64,000 bases of DNA. Origin: a virus. Below the pieces are notes generated by a model. It saw only the letters and a program-made list of their open reading frames with translations. It did not search any database and was not told where the DNA came from. The translations under genes and the position numbers were made by a program. The stretch covers positions 4,438 to 68,437 of IMG/VR virus record IMGVR_UViG_3300036715_002236, one strand, 5' to 3'. Shown one piece after another: positions 21,664-30,480 of the stretch (positions are counted from its first letter, which is position 1; each line of letters starts with the position of its first letter).

Positions 21664-22354
21664 TAAATGGTATGTCGGACAAAGTTTAAACATCAATGCT
21701 AGATTGAACAAAGCTTATAGGCACGGCCATTGTCAAAAACAACCAAAGATATACAACGCTTTAAAGAAATATGGCTATGACGGTTTTGAAAAAGTTATAT
21801 TAGAAATATGTTTGAGAACTCAACTGGAAGAAAGAGAAATTTTCTGGATAAAAGACAAGAACTCAGTCGAACTTGGATACAACGTATTGTGGGGAGGTAG
21901 GGCTTGTAGTGAAGAAACTATTCAAAAACTTCGTAACTCTTTGAAGGGAAAATTTGTTGGAAAAGATAGGTGGTGGGCATATGGAAGGCAGAGGTCAGAA
22001 GAAACTAAAAGAAGAATTGGACTAGCAAACAAAGGAAAGAAACATACACAATCGTCTAAACAAAAGCTCAGAATAGCTCACACCGGCAAACATCTATCGG
22101 AAGAACATAGGAAAAATCTACGACTGTCTCAGTTGGGCAAAAAACATTCGTTGGAAAGAATAGAAAATATACGAAACTCTCTAACTGGAAAGACTGGAAG
22201 AATAACGTCTGACAAAACCAAGCAGAAAATACGTGATAAACTTAAAGGCAGGGTTATGTCTGAGGAACATAAGGCCAAACTCAGAAAACCTCACAAAGTA
22301 AAGAGAATCCACACAATAATGAGTAATGTCGGCCAAGTCGTAAACAATCCGTAA
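21554..22354 (+). CDS. GIY-YIG homing endonuclease with NUMOD3 repeats
   Basis: GIYGLQN...WYVGQS; GYN; SEETKRRIG and GKKH repeats. Confidence 0.9.
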   Translation: MNKLGNDPTDTINETEQKSAKNACCGIYGLQNKLKPDKWYVGQSLNINARLNKAYRHGHCQKQPKIYNALKKYGYDGFEKVILEICLRTQLEEREIFWIKDKNSVELGYNVLWGGRACSEETIQKLRNSLKGKFVGKDRWWAYGRQRSEETKRRIGLANKGKKHTQSSKQKLRIAHTGKHLSEEHRKNLRLSQLGKKHSLERIENIRNSLTGKTGRITSDKTKQKIRDKLKGRVMSEEHKAKLRKPHKVKRIHTIMSNVGQVVNNP

Positions 22355-22991
22355 AGGCTAAATAAATCTCTTGTTTTCATGTGGCTTACAGTGACAGGTA
22401 TTTTATAAATGTCAAGAGCTACCGTTGACCCCAGCTATTATGCTGAGTCACAAAGATGTCGCCGGCCTGAGTCACGTAGAAGATGCCTGGCCACTTCTCA
22501 TTGAACTCACAGAGGCTGCCGTCCCAGAACCAACGTGGCGGCTTGCCTGCTTCCTGCTCTTCATCAGAGCAAGCGATGTAGTCGAGCTTGTCCTTCAACT
22601 TCGGAGGCAAGCTGCCGTGGTAGAGATAAATCCAGCGGTGAGGGTGTGAGGACATGTTAGGGATTGTGCATCTGATTGAGTTCAGCGATGCTGAACTGCG
22701 GGTCCTTATCACCCTCCTTGTGCATGAAATGGTCTTGGGTGGAGAGAGTCTCGAGGGCGATGACGAGGTCATCACCCGTGAAGCGTTCGGCCAGATAGTC
22801 GCTGGCCTCGACAAAGTCTTTCTTCATGGAATTAGGCATCCATCAGACTGCAGATGCCGAGGAAACCAAAGAAGGCGAACCAACCCCAAGTTTCAACCTT
22901 GTAGCCGTGGGTGATGAGCCAACCCGCGCCACCTAAGCAGCCAATGGTGAGGATGGTCTGTGAGACGATTTTAGTCGTGTTCTTCATGGTA

Positions 22992-23321
22992 TTAAGCAGT
23001 GGGAGTGGTGGAGAGGATGTCGGCCGGGCAGGTGACGCGGCCCGTGAAGCGACCAGCCTTGGACTTGTCAACGATAGTGACGACGACCTTGACGGGGTTG
23101 ATTTTCACGACCAGCGCGGCCAGGCCACGAATGTAGCTGGGGTTCGCCGTCTGAACGAAGTAGAGCGTGTCGCCTACCGTGATAGAACGCTTCAGGCGTC
23201 GAGCTTCGATAGCTTTGAGGCCATCGAGACGGAAGTTTAGAGCTTGATTAATGGAAGCAAGGGAAGCATCGAGCTTACCCGAACTAATATCACTGAGGAT
23301 GTCGGTTGAAGTAATGTTCAT
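22992..23321 (-). CDS. hypothetical protein
   Basis: Leaderless ATG after the promoter at 23342-23356. Confidence 0.6.
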   Translation of the reverse strand: MNITSTDILSDISSGKLDASLASINQALNFRLDGLKAIEARRLKRSITVGDTLYFVQTANPSYIRGLAALVVKINPVKVVVTIVDKSKAGRFTGRVTCPADILSTTPTA

Positions 23322-23364
23322 TTGAATAGACTGAAGACTTATTTTATAAATGTCAAGAAAAAGT

Positions 23365-23427
23365 TGGTGAGTGGGACTCGAACCCACAAGTTTTTTCAAA
23401 CTAGCGGCACGTCTACCGGGCTCACTA
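23365..23427 (-). ncRNA. tRNA-like RNA 5 (T-arm, ACCA end, tetraloop hairpin in place of the anticodon arm)
   Basis: GTGAG..GGTAGAC..AGTTT-GAAA-AAACT..GTGGG TTCGAGT CCCAC TCACCA. Confidence 0.6.
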
Positions 23428-23451
23428 TCCAGCTCTATCCACTAAAATAGT

Positions 23452-23578
23452 TGACCGATTGAGGGATTGAACCTTAGAGAGTGCGAGGAGGCTCCCGCCT
23501 TGGCACCAAGCCGCTTTACACTTATGCGGGGAGCAAGTATCTCTCCCACACGCCTACATTTATCTCATTTACCGGCCA
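23452..23578 (-). ncRNA. tRNA-like RNA 4 (acceptor-like stem and T-arm, expanded core)
   Basis: TGGCCGGT pairs with ATCGGTCA; AGG TTCAATC CCT T-arm lies just before the 3' strand. Confidence 0.55.
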
Positions 23579-23585
23579 TAAAGTA

Positions 23586-23662
23586 TCTGCTCCCGAATCG
23601 AACAGTTTTCTGTGTTATACAGCTATAGACCACTACCTCTGGATCCTTGAGGCTTGAGCAAA
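23586..23662 (-). ncRNA. tRNA-like RNA 3
   Basis: TTTGCTC/GAGCAGA closing stem, CCTC-AAGGATCCA-GAGG D-like arm, CTG TTCGATT CGG T-like arm. Confidence 0.5.
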
Positions 23663-23776
23663 AAAATTTTTCGGACTTATACCGCACCCTGACGAACTCC
23701 GGTAAGCCGTTCCTGATTGGCCGTGCTCACCTTGAGAGGTGTTTGCTTCGCGTCAACGAACTTGTTGACGAATGAA

Positions 23777-23890
23777 TCGGTCGTGAGGGGATCGAAACCC
23801 ACTATCGCCGCTAAGCGACACTCCATTCAAAGTAGAGAGAGCATCCTTTATCACTTACCGCGTAGCGGAGTTGTGATACTGCTGACGACC
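23777..23890 (-). ncRNA. tRNA-like RNA 2 (TTG anticodon-like loop, enlarged D-arm, long variable arm)
   Basis: GGTCGT/ACGACC acceptor; AGCA/TGCT D-stem with inserted hairpin; CTCTA CTTTGAA TGGAG; TGTCGCT-TAGC-GGCGATA; GGG TTTCGAT CCC. Confidence 0.65.
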
Positions 23891-23909
23891 AAATTGATGA
23901 TTAGTTCTA

Positions 23910-24086
23910 TGGACGGGGATGGATTCGAGCCACCGACCTCCCCGTGAAAAGGGGCGCTCTGACATCTGCTTCGATTCGCCTTTTGGACTAGAAGTTTGTA
24001 GTCTCGTCTTTCAACGTGGTTACCTGACTAAGCTTTTGGTCCATTCACCACACCTACTGGATTTTGAATCACTGAGCTACCGACGC
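23910..24086 (-). ncRNA. tRNA-like RNA 1 (TTC anticodon-like loop, ~114-nt D-loop)
   Basis: TAGCTCAG ... AGAGC G CCCC TTTTCAC GGGG AGGTC GGTGG CTCGAAT CCATC; acceptor stem pairs poorly. Confidence 0.65.
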
Positions 24087-24104
24087 ACAGAACTTACCAT
24101 TGAC

Positions 24105-24115
24105 TGTTAAAGAAC
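24105..24115 (-). promoter_or_regulatory. boxA-like antitermination element
   Basis: GTTCTTTAACA versus rrn boxA consensus GCTCTTTAACA, just upstream of the tRNA-like RNAs. Confidence 0.55.
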
Positions 24116-24337
24116 TATCCTCAGTTGCTTCCACGCTGAGGAACCGTGGTATTTCATAATGTTCAGTTGACGAGCGGAGTATTTGTATACAGATGGGAGG
24201 CACATCGGCCATCACCCGCAGCGTTTATTTCTCAGCCATCCGAAAGACATCGGAGGTCGATTTCCCGAAGGGTTTCGACTTCATCCAAAGAACAAATCTG
24301 ACGATGACATTTATTTATAAAATGTCAACTAAAAAGA

Positions 24338-24610
24338 TTACTCATTCGAAAGAGTAATCGAACCGTCAAACAGCTCGTGAGAACCGGAACTGATGGCGGG
24401 GAGGAGGAAGACGCTGCCAACCGTGTCGGAACAGCCCACACGATGCAGAACATGCATTGCCTTCTCATGATCCACCTCACAGACCATGCCGATGTAGTAG
24501 CCGATGCCACCAACGGTGCTGGAGTAAGTGAACTTGTAGAGACTGCCAACCTTGAGATCCTTTCGGGTCAGTTTGGCAGCGGGCTTCTTAACAGTATTGA
24601 TAGTAATCAT
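24338..24610 (-). CDS. hypothetical protein
   Basis: Leaderless ATG after promoter. Confidence 0.6.
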   Translation of the reverse strand: MITINTVKKPAAKLTRKDLKVGSLYKFTYSSTVGGIGYYIGMVCEVDHEKAMHVLHRVGCSDTVGSVFLLPAISSGSHELFDGSITLSNE

Positions 24611-24919
24611 TGGAGTAGTATTGTGTTATTTTATAAAATGTCAAGCCACATGTGGGCGGTTCTTTAGGATTTCACGGATGAAGTCAAGCTCGGCACACAT
24701 AGCATCTACAGTGTGCCGCTCGTTCTTAGTGTATTCATATCCACAGGTGCACTCAGGACAACCACAAAGCGTATGACAGGATTGAAAGGCGTGCAGCCGT
24801 GCTCTACGTGAATTGAAATAGCGCAGGAGCCGTGGCGTTGACCACCTGACCAACTGATGCCGTTCCGCACCTTGTGAGGGAGTAATCATGTCACAAATAT
24901 AGATTGTTTTTATAAAATG

Positions 24920-25630
24920 TCAAGCCTTCAATTCAGGCCTTTTCTTTCTCCACTTCTGATAAACGCCTTTCTTTTTTAAGACTCTACGAATGACATAGGC
25001 GCTTACTCCCAATCGCTTTGCCATTCTTTTTGGTCCACACTCTTGATACATTTTCACTATCGCTTCTTCCATTTCAACATTTACTTGCACAAAGATTTTT
25101 CCTGTTGCGGCTGACCTAAGTTTTTCTCTGTGCTCCTCCGAAACTATTCCACTACTTCTGTTTTTTGATAATCCAGTATCCCAGGTTATTTTTCTGCCCG
25201 ACATCTTGTTGCGCATCATCTCTGTGTGCTCAGTCGTCCACATATTTTTTGTCGTTGTTGTTCTCCACCTTCTAAACTCAGGAGACGCAAATGCCTTTTT
25301 CAGTGACACCGATCTATTTTCTAACATTCTTATTCGGTCTTCTGATGGCATGTTAGTTGTGGTATCTCCGCCGGTTCCCCCGAGAGTTATGTTGTATCCA
25401 ACATTCTTATCAGTCGTATTCAGCTCCCTTACCCAGTAAACTTCTCTTTCTGCTAAATGAGTGAGGGAGCTACATTTTTCTATTGTAATCTTCTCAAAGT
25501 TTTCTTTTCCATACTTCTTTACGGCTCTCCGCAAAAGAGTTCCAGATCCAATATAGCTAGGCCTATTACGGGCATCTTTACCAACATAAATCTTTCCATT
25601 TATTTTATTTCTCGTCTTGTATATTATCAT
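24920..25630 (-). CDS. GIY-YIG homing endonuclease (Seg-like)
   Basis: MIIYKTRNKINGKIYVGK...YIGSG..L..A.KKYG.ENF; GYNITLGGTGG. Confidence 0.9.
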   Translation of the reverse strand: MIIYKTRNKINGKIYVGKDARNRPSYIGSGTLLRRAVKKYGKENFEKITIEKCSSLTHLAEREVYWVRELNTTDKNVGYNITLGGTGGDTTTNMPSEDRIRMLENRSVSLKKAFASPEFRRWRTTTTKNMWTTEHTEMMRNKMSGRKITWDTGLSKNRSSGIVSEEHREKLRSAATGKIFVQVNVEMEEAIVKMYQECGPKRMAKRLGVSAYVIRRVLKKKGVYQKWRKKRPELKA

Positions 25631-25672
25631 ACTGGATAAATATACAAGACAAGAACAAATATTGCGCTCACT

Positions 25673-26773
25673 TTACTTTTTTAGCACTTGGTATATCAAC
25701 TTTTTATAATCTTCTTCATTCAACTGCTTTCCATCAAGTAGCTTGAACGCCATGCCAGACCGATTAGTTTGTCCATAAGCCTGCATGATTGCGGCCGCCG
25801 CGTCTCTCCGAGAGACTCGCTTGAGTGGTGATAGTGGGGCAACAAAATTTTTCATATACGAAACAATCTCTTCAACCTCTTTATGAGCATCGCAGATATT
25901 GGAAATCATACCACGCGCCTCATTAGCAATTTCATAATCAAAAGCTTCTTCACAATAAGCGAAGAACTCTTGATAGGCCGGCTTACCAGCGATTAGCCAA
26001 ACATCCAAAACTTTCTCTATATTGGATAGCTCCGACTTCATTCTATGTTTGCACAAATACTCAGCACCCTTGACCTTACGGATGGACTGACCGTTGTTGT
26101 AGTAAACGCACAGGCCCTCCATACCCTTAAACTGCTCTACAGCATTCTTCATTTCTTCAACAGAAGAATATGAGAACGAACGAGGGCGAGGAACACCCCA
26201 TGCCTTGGCCGTAGTGTCCAGCGAAGTCTGTGTGACGTAGCGGTAGTCTGCGTGGTATATAGCCCCGGTAAGATATAGGATGGGTTCAGTTCCGTAGTCT
26301 ATGACAATTTTGTTTAAAGGGGAGCACCACTCATACACCACAGTCATCTCTTCCGACTCTACCCAACTGTTATTAAACGCTTTTGGATATTTCTGTTTGA
26401 GAATCTCAATTTCCCAACCGTTCAACGGTTGGAGAGAAGCGTCCAATGTTCCGCGGGTGCGAACGATGAGATTTCCTTTGTATTTTGATACGAGCAAAGT
26501 CGAACCATCAATCTTTTCCATCAGTTCTGCGTCTTGAAGAGAAGACGGAATTCCGTCGAGGGAAGGCTGCTCGTCCCAGTTGAAAAATTTCTTCCAAGAC
26601 AGAGAAACAGGAAGACCGTCCTTAGTCCATACAGATGAACGAAATATAAGATTTTCAGGAGTATATTTGGAGCCGATAGAAATTGGTTGAACAAGCACAA
26701 ACTCTTCATTCCCAATGAAATGAGAATGTTTCATAAAGCTGTCTTTGTCGATTTTTTCTAAAGAAATTTTCAT
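25673..26773 (-). CDS. RNA ligase (T4 Rnl1-like)
   Basis: KKFFNWDE, EKIDGSTL (KxDG), YEW, EGLCV, KVKGAEYL. Confidence 0.85.
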   Translation of the reverse strand: MKISLEKIDKDSFMKHSHFIGNEEFVLVQPISIGSKYTPENLIFRSSVWTKDGLPVSLSWKKFFNWDEQPSLDGIPSSLQDAELMEKIDGSTLLVSKYKGNLIVRTRGTLDASLQPLNGWEIEILKQKYPKAFNNSWVESEEMTVVYEWCSPLNKIVIDYGTEPILYLTGAIYHADYRYVTQTSLDTTAKAWGVPRPRSFSYSSVEEMKNAVEQFKGMEGLCVYYNNGQSIRKVKGAEYLCKHRMKSELSNIEKVLDVWLIAGKPAYQEFFAYCEEAFDYEIANEARGMISNICDAHKEVEEIVSYMKNFVAPLSPLKRVSRRDAAAAIMQAYGQTNRSGMAFKLLDGKQLNEEDYKKLIYQVLKK

Positions 26774-26900
26774 GTTTTTGAAGTAAAGATGTAGAGTGAG
26801 CTAGATTTTATAAAATGTCAAGTGTGTAATGAAAATTTTACACCACCTACCAACAACAGTTTTTCAGCAGAAGAAATACTTGAAGAACAAGGTAGTCAAC

Positions 26901-26930
26901 AAAAAAGGGACTCCTTTCAGAGTCCCTCTT
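26901..26930 (-). terminator. intrinsic terminator
   Basis: AGGGACTC-loop-GAGTCCCT with a T run on the minus strand. Confidence 0.85.
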
Positions 26931-26954
26931 AAGTCTATGAACAACAACTAGACG

Positions 26955-27608
26955 TTAGAAAACGTTTAGGAAAATAACGATAGAGACAACCACCCACGTT
27001 GCGCAGGTGAGGACAGCCCCACAACACTTAGCCTCAGTCCAACTCCGGTCTTCATTGACAACCTGCCACTTGACAGACTTGTTCCAGAAGTTGCCTTCCT
27101 TGGAAACCATCACCTTACGCGGAAGGAAGTTACGACGATAAAACCAAATACAGAGGACATTCCACGCGAGGAGAATAGGGACACCAACTGCGATGCCGGA
27201 GAACTGCTTCACAAGGTCAACGGCATCCTTGCCCATGACCTTCCACCCAATCACGAACATGGTAAATCGACCAGCATCGGTCTTACTGAACTTATCGATA
27301 CCATCCACGATAGAAACATCCTTACCGAACGTGGCATCCTTCGTCTCATGGAGAACAGCCTTCGCGGCGGAACCCATTGCCGTGCCGACGTTATTACCAA
27401 GGTCAGCCCACTCATTTGCCTTAGCAGCGAGCGTCTTGGGCATCTCCACTGGCGTTACCGGAGCGGGCTTAACCGCATCCTGAACGACATGGATGGTGAC
27501 TTCCTGCGGCTTGGGAGCCGTGGTTTCCTGGCCGTGGCCAAGAACAGCGCCGAACGTGAAGAACACGATGAGCGCGATGAATGCGATAATACGATTGAGG
27601 TTTTTCAT
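26955..27608 (-). CDS. membrane protein
   Basis: N-terminal signal/TM segment and two C-terminal TM segments. Confidence 0.75.
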   Translation of the reverse strand: MKNLNRIIAFIALIVFFTFGAVLGHGQETTAPKPQEVTIHVVQDAVKPAPVTPVEMPKTLAAKANEWADLGNNVGTAMGSAAKAVLHETKDATFGKDVSIVDGIDKFSKTDAGRFTMFVIGWKVMGKDAVDLVKQFSGIAVGVPILLAWNVLCIWFYRRNFLPRKVMVSKEGNFWNKSVKWQVVNEDRSWTEAKCCGAVLTCATWVVVSIVIFLNVF

Positions 27609-27927
27609 GTAGTTGAAGTAAAGATACAGAGTGACCTAAGTTTTATAAAATGTCAAGAAGATGTGGAGAGAAACTGTTTGCGGGTGACCTTGATTACCTA
27701 CCAGCAACACGGTGAGCACATGGTTTGAACTTCACCAACTTTCCACCCTTGCTCATGTAGCCTAAGTCACGGAGGATGAGATTCATAACTGTCAACTCAT
27801 GCATGAACAAAAGACCATCAGCCATACCACTCTGTGCGGCGAGGTAGTTGGGAGACTTAAGAAATACGTTGTAAACGGTTTGGGCGATTTGCTTGTTCGT
27901 GAGAATTCCAATGTTTTTCATAAAAAG

Positions 27928-28004
27928 TGGTGGTGCCACCCGGACTTGAACCGGGAACCAATTGCTTAAAAGGCAACTGCTCTAACCAATTGAGCTATGG
28001 CACC
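27928..28004 (-). tRNA. tRNA-Lys(TTT)
   Basis: GGTGCCA TA GCTC AATTGGTTA GAGC A GTTGC CTTTTAA GCAAT TGGTT CCCGG TTCAAGT CCGGG TGGCACC A CCA. Confidence 0.95.
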
Positions 28005-28796
28005 TAAAGTGTTAAGATGATTTCAGTTTTGCCACCATCTTACGGATTGGAGCGAGGTCGACGAGGACAACACGGAGGGCAATGTCTGGATGACAGGCTT
28101 TGTTGATGATACCCTCGAGAACCTTGATAGTTTCTTGTTTGAGCTTGTCGTCCACAGATGACACCCTACCTAAGAAATATAAAAAGTCAATTACTTTTTC
28201 TTACGCTCTCTGATTTTCGCTTCGAATAACTTTCCCGAGCGAACTGACTGCGTAGGCGTAGGTAGAGGAGCTAACTTTGGGTGCCCCTTCTCAAACTTCT
28301 CGCCGTTGCAGTTGCTAATCTTCATCTCACAAATAGATATGAATTACTTGTGAGAAGTTGTCAAACTATTTTCGAAAATTATCGATTGACGAGCGTGAGT
28401 CCAAGCCGCCCCTTGCCTACGAAACGTCCCTGAGCATCAAACGTGTCACCGTTGATTTCACGTGCAACAAGTCGTTGATTCTCATTGAGAATGGCATAGT
28501 TGTTTTCGCTGTTCTTCTGAACGTAAGCGATAACTTTTCCGGATGGGCCTCTGACGATTTCTACTGACATGATATTTTAGTTGGGTTGATTATTTTTTAC
28601 GAATGAGGTATTTCGCTGAAATCCACTGTTCAATTATTTCAGCCATAGTTTCTCGCTGAATATCGGTCAAGTCTAGTCTACGTTTGTCCGTGGCTCCATC
28701 AAAATCGAGAACAGCTTCAGCATCTTCAATTGCGTCTACAAGATCTTCTATCAATTCTTTATTCATATTTGAAGACTACTGCCTAATTATAAAATG

Positions 28797-29174
28797 TCAA
28801 GACTTATCGGAAATTTTGAATGAGGTGAGAACTTCGATTAGTTCGGCTGAACAGATAGCTGTTTCAGCGAAGTTCAATCCGTTCGAAAAAACAATCGCAG
28901 AAAACTTTTCGCGTAGCTCAGCCTTTTCATCGTAGGATAGCTCGATATTCTTCATCACATTCTTTCGTGAAATCACATCTAAAATTTCTTTACAGTAAAA
29001 TCCTGAATAGTTACTTTCCAAAGAGATTACTTTGGCTTTCCACGCCGACCCCTTAGATCTTAGAGGTGGAAGACTAACGGTGTCGCCTACACTCACGTTA
29101 CGACCTCCATCCAAATAGGTGACGTTCATGCCCATTGGGCTCTCAACAACAACAACGCCGGTGTAATTTCTCAT
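28797..29174 (-). CDS. hypothetical protein
   Basis: Leaderless ATG; stop lies inside the next TTGACA. Confidence 0.6.
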   Translation of the reverse strand: MRNYTGVVVVESPMGMNVTYLDGGRNVSVGDTVSLPPLRSKGSAWKAKVISLESNYSGFYCKEILDVISRKNVMKNIELSYDEKAELREKFSAIVFSNGLNFAETAICSAELIEVLTSFKISDKS

Positions 29175-29211
29175 GCCACCAGACTAGCTAAACTTTTATA
29201 AAATGTCAACG

Positions 29212-29246
29212 AAAAAAGAGAGCCCGATCAAGGAACTCTCTTTTTT
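29212..29246. terminator. bidirectional intrinsic terminator
   Basis: AAAAAAGAGAG...CTCTCTTTTTT. Confidence 0.8.
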
Positions 29247-29323
29247 GACCACGATTGACCAACAATCATCAGTTTAACGTCATCAGGGGACGTAACCGTT
29301 GTTACACGGAAATTGATTCACAG

Positions 29324-29351
29324 AAAAGACGAACCTTGCGGGCTCGTCTTT
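29324..29351 (-). terminator. terminator-like hairpin after the large ncRNA
   Basis: AAAGACGA..GCAA loop..TCGTCTTTT on the minus strand. Confidence 0.65.
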
Positions 29352-29364
29352 AGTTATTAGATTA

Positions 29365-30142
29365 GGTTGGCTTGAGAATACAGCGTTCCTCGATACATCT
29401 TTCATGGGATTATAGATTCCCCATTTTTCCATCATCCTTTCGGACGGTAATGTTCATGGTTGCCTTTTTCGTATCAGGCGATAGACTCTCTCTTAAACTA
29501 CTCGACACCTTTTTCAACTGTCTATGGGAGCTACCCACAAACGAGCCTACTCGTTGTATCAAACCTAAATGACCTTGCGAGCCACCTAAGCTCTCCATTC
29601 CTTTCGGTGGAGACTTTAACCACTTACGTTTAAGAGGATTACAGTGCTTGTGCTTTTAATTTCCATTAATAGTAGAATTGCCTTGCGGCTTCCAAAAACG
29701 ATGTGCTGTAATGATGGCCGGTTTCCCTTTTGGAGAACCCGATACCACCCACCGCCATACCTTTCCCTTGCGAGGACTTGGGCCGTTCTAATCGAATGAG
29801 CAGCTGGTCGTAACCAACGTCACCGACTCTAACTGGATTAACCCACTTGGCTGCAAAACCTCGCAGTATAATCCTTACGCTTCAGCTTACTTCCTCGTCG
29901 GGTGTTGTGCTTTTCTCCAAGATGCCATCTTGATATTTTCCCTCAACCACTTGGTCGTCAGGATTTCGACTAGAGAACTGCTCCGACTTCGGACCTACTC
30001 CTACCTATTAGTAGAAGCGAGAGCCTACGCTTGTATAACTGACCGCGATGCGGCGACAGTGTTTGGAACACCGCCTTTCCCTACCTTTCGATAGACGTAT
30101 CTTTACCAACCCTTGCGAGCTGGAAGGACATCATACTGCCCT
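29365..30142 (-). ncRNA. large structured ncRNA, GOLLD-like (~780 nt)
   Basis: No credible ORF; many GCAA/GAAA tetraloop hairpins and AGTA motifs on the minus strand; 3' GCTGTATTCTCAAG; lies after a tRNA-like gene and a boxA; family assignment from memory only. Confidence 0.65.
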
Positions 30143-30171
30143 TAAATTGTTAAACTGTAAAAGAACTAAAT

Positions 30172-30243
30172 TGGAGCGAATCTACGATTTGATACGTAAC
30201 CTCTCTACGGTTGTAGAGTGTGCTAACATACACCAGCCTTCGC
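30172..30243 (-). ncRNA. degenerate tRNA-like RNA with CCA and a 4-nt anticodon loop
   Basis: GCGAA/TTCGC acceptor, GTGT/GCAC D-stem, CTCTAC-AACC-GTAGAG, TTACG/CGTAG T-stem, T CCA. Confidence 0.6.
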
Positions 30244-30306
30244 GTAACTGACTGAACTTATGACTATGACAGGTAGTTTATAAATGTCAAGCCTTTCGAC
30301 TAACTA

Positions 30307-30480
30307 AATTGAGATTTTCCATTCTATCCCCAGCCAAATATTTGCAAGTGTCTTTTATCTACTTACTTATACTCCATTATCTATCTTCTGCGCGTCATCT
30401 TTTACAACTTCGCACTTGGTTTCAATAGCGGCCGCGACTTCGGAATCGCGTCTGGTTCATCTTAACGGGGAGCTTTTCAA
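30307..30480 (-). ncRNA. putative rod-like structured RNA
   Basis: Own promoter at ~30506-30535, boxA-like GTTCTTTCGACA, long-range TCCCC/GGGGA and CAAGTG/CACTTG pairs, no ORF. Confidence 0.35.

Noticed and set aside
23717-24110. Short ORFs in the track (23717..23947, 23919..24110)
   Set aside because: They are antisense to the tRNA-like RNAs, have no promoter or protein motif, and the T-arm pattern explains the region better.
29262-29292. Hammerhead ribozyme or fluoride riboswitch suggested by two CTGATGA motifs
   Set aside because: No GAAA after a stem II and no fluoride-riboswitch 5' GATGG pseudoknot; kept only as an unassigned element.
29372-30251. Short ORFs across the large ncRNA region
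   Set aside because: They are 62-67 aa with non-ATG or unsupported starts; tetraloop hairpin density favours a structured RNA.
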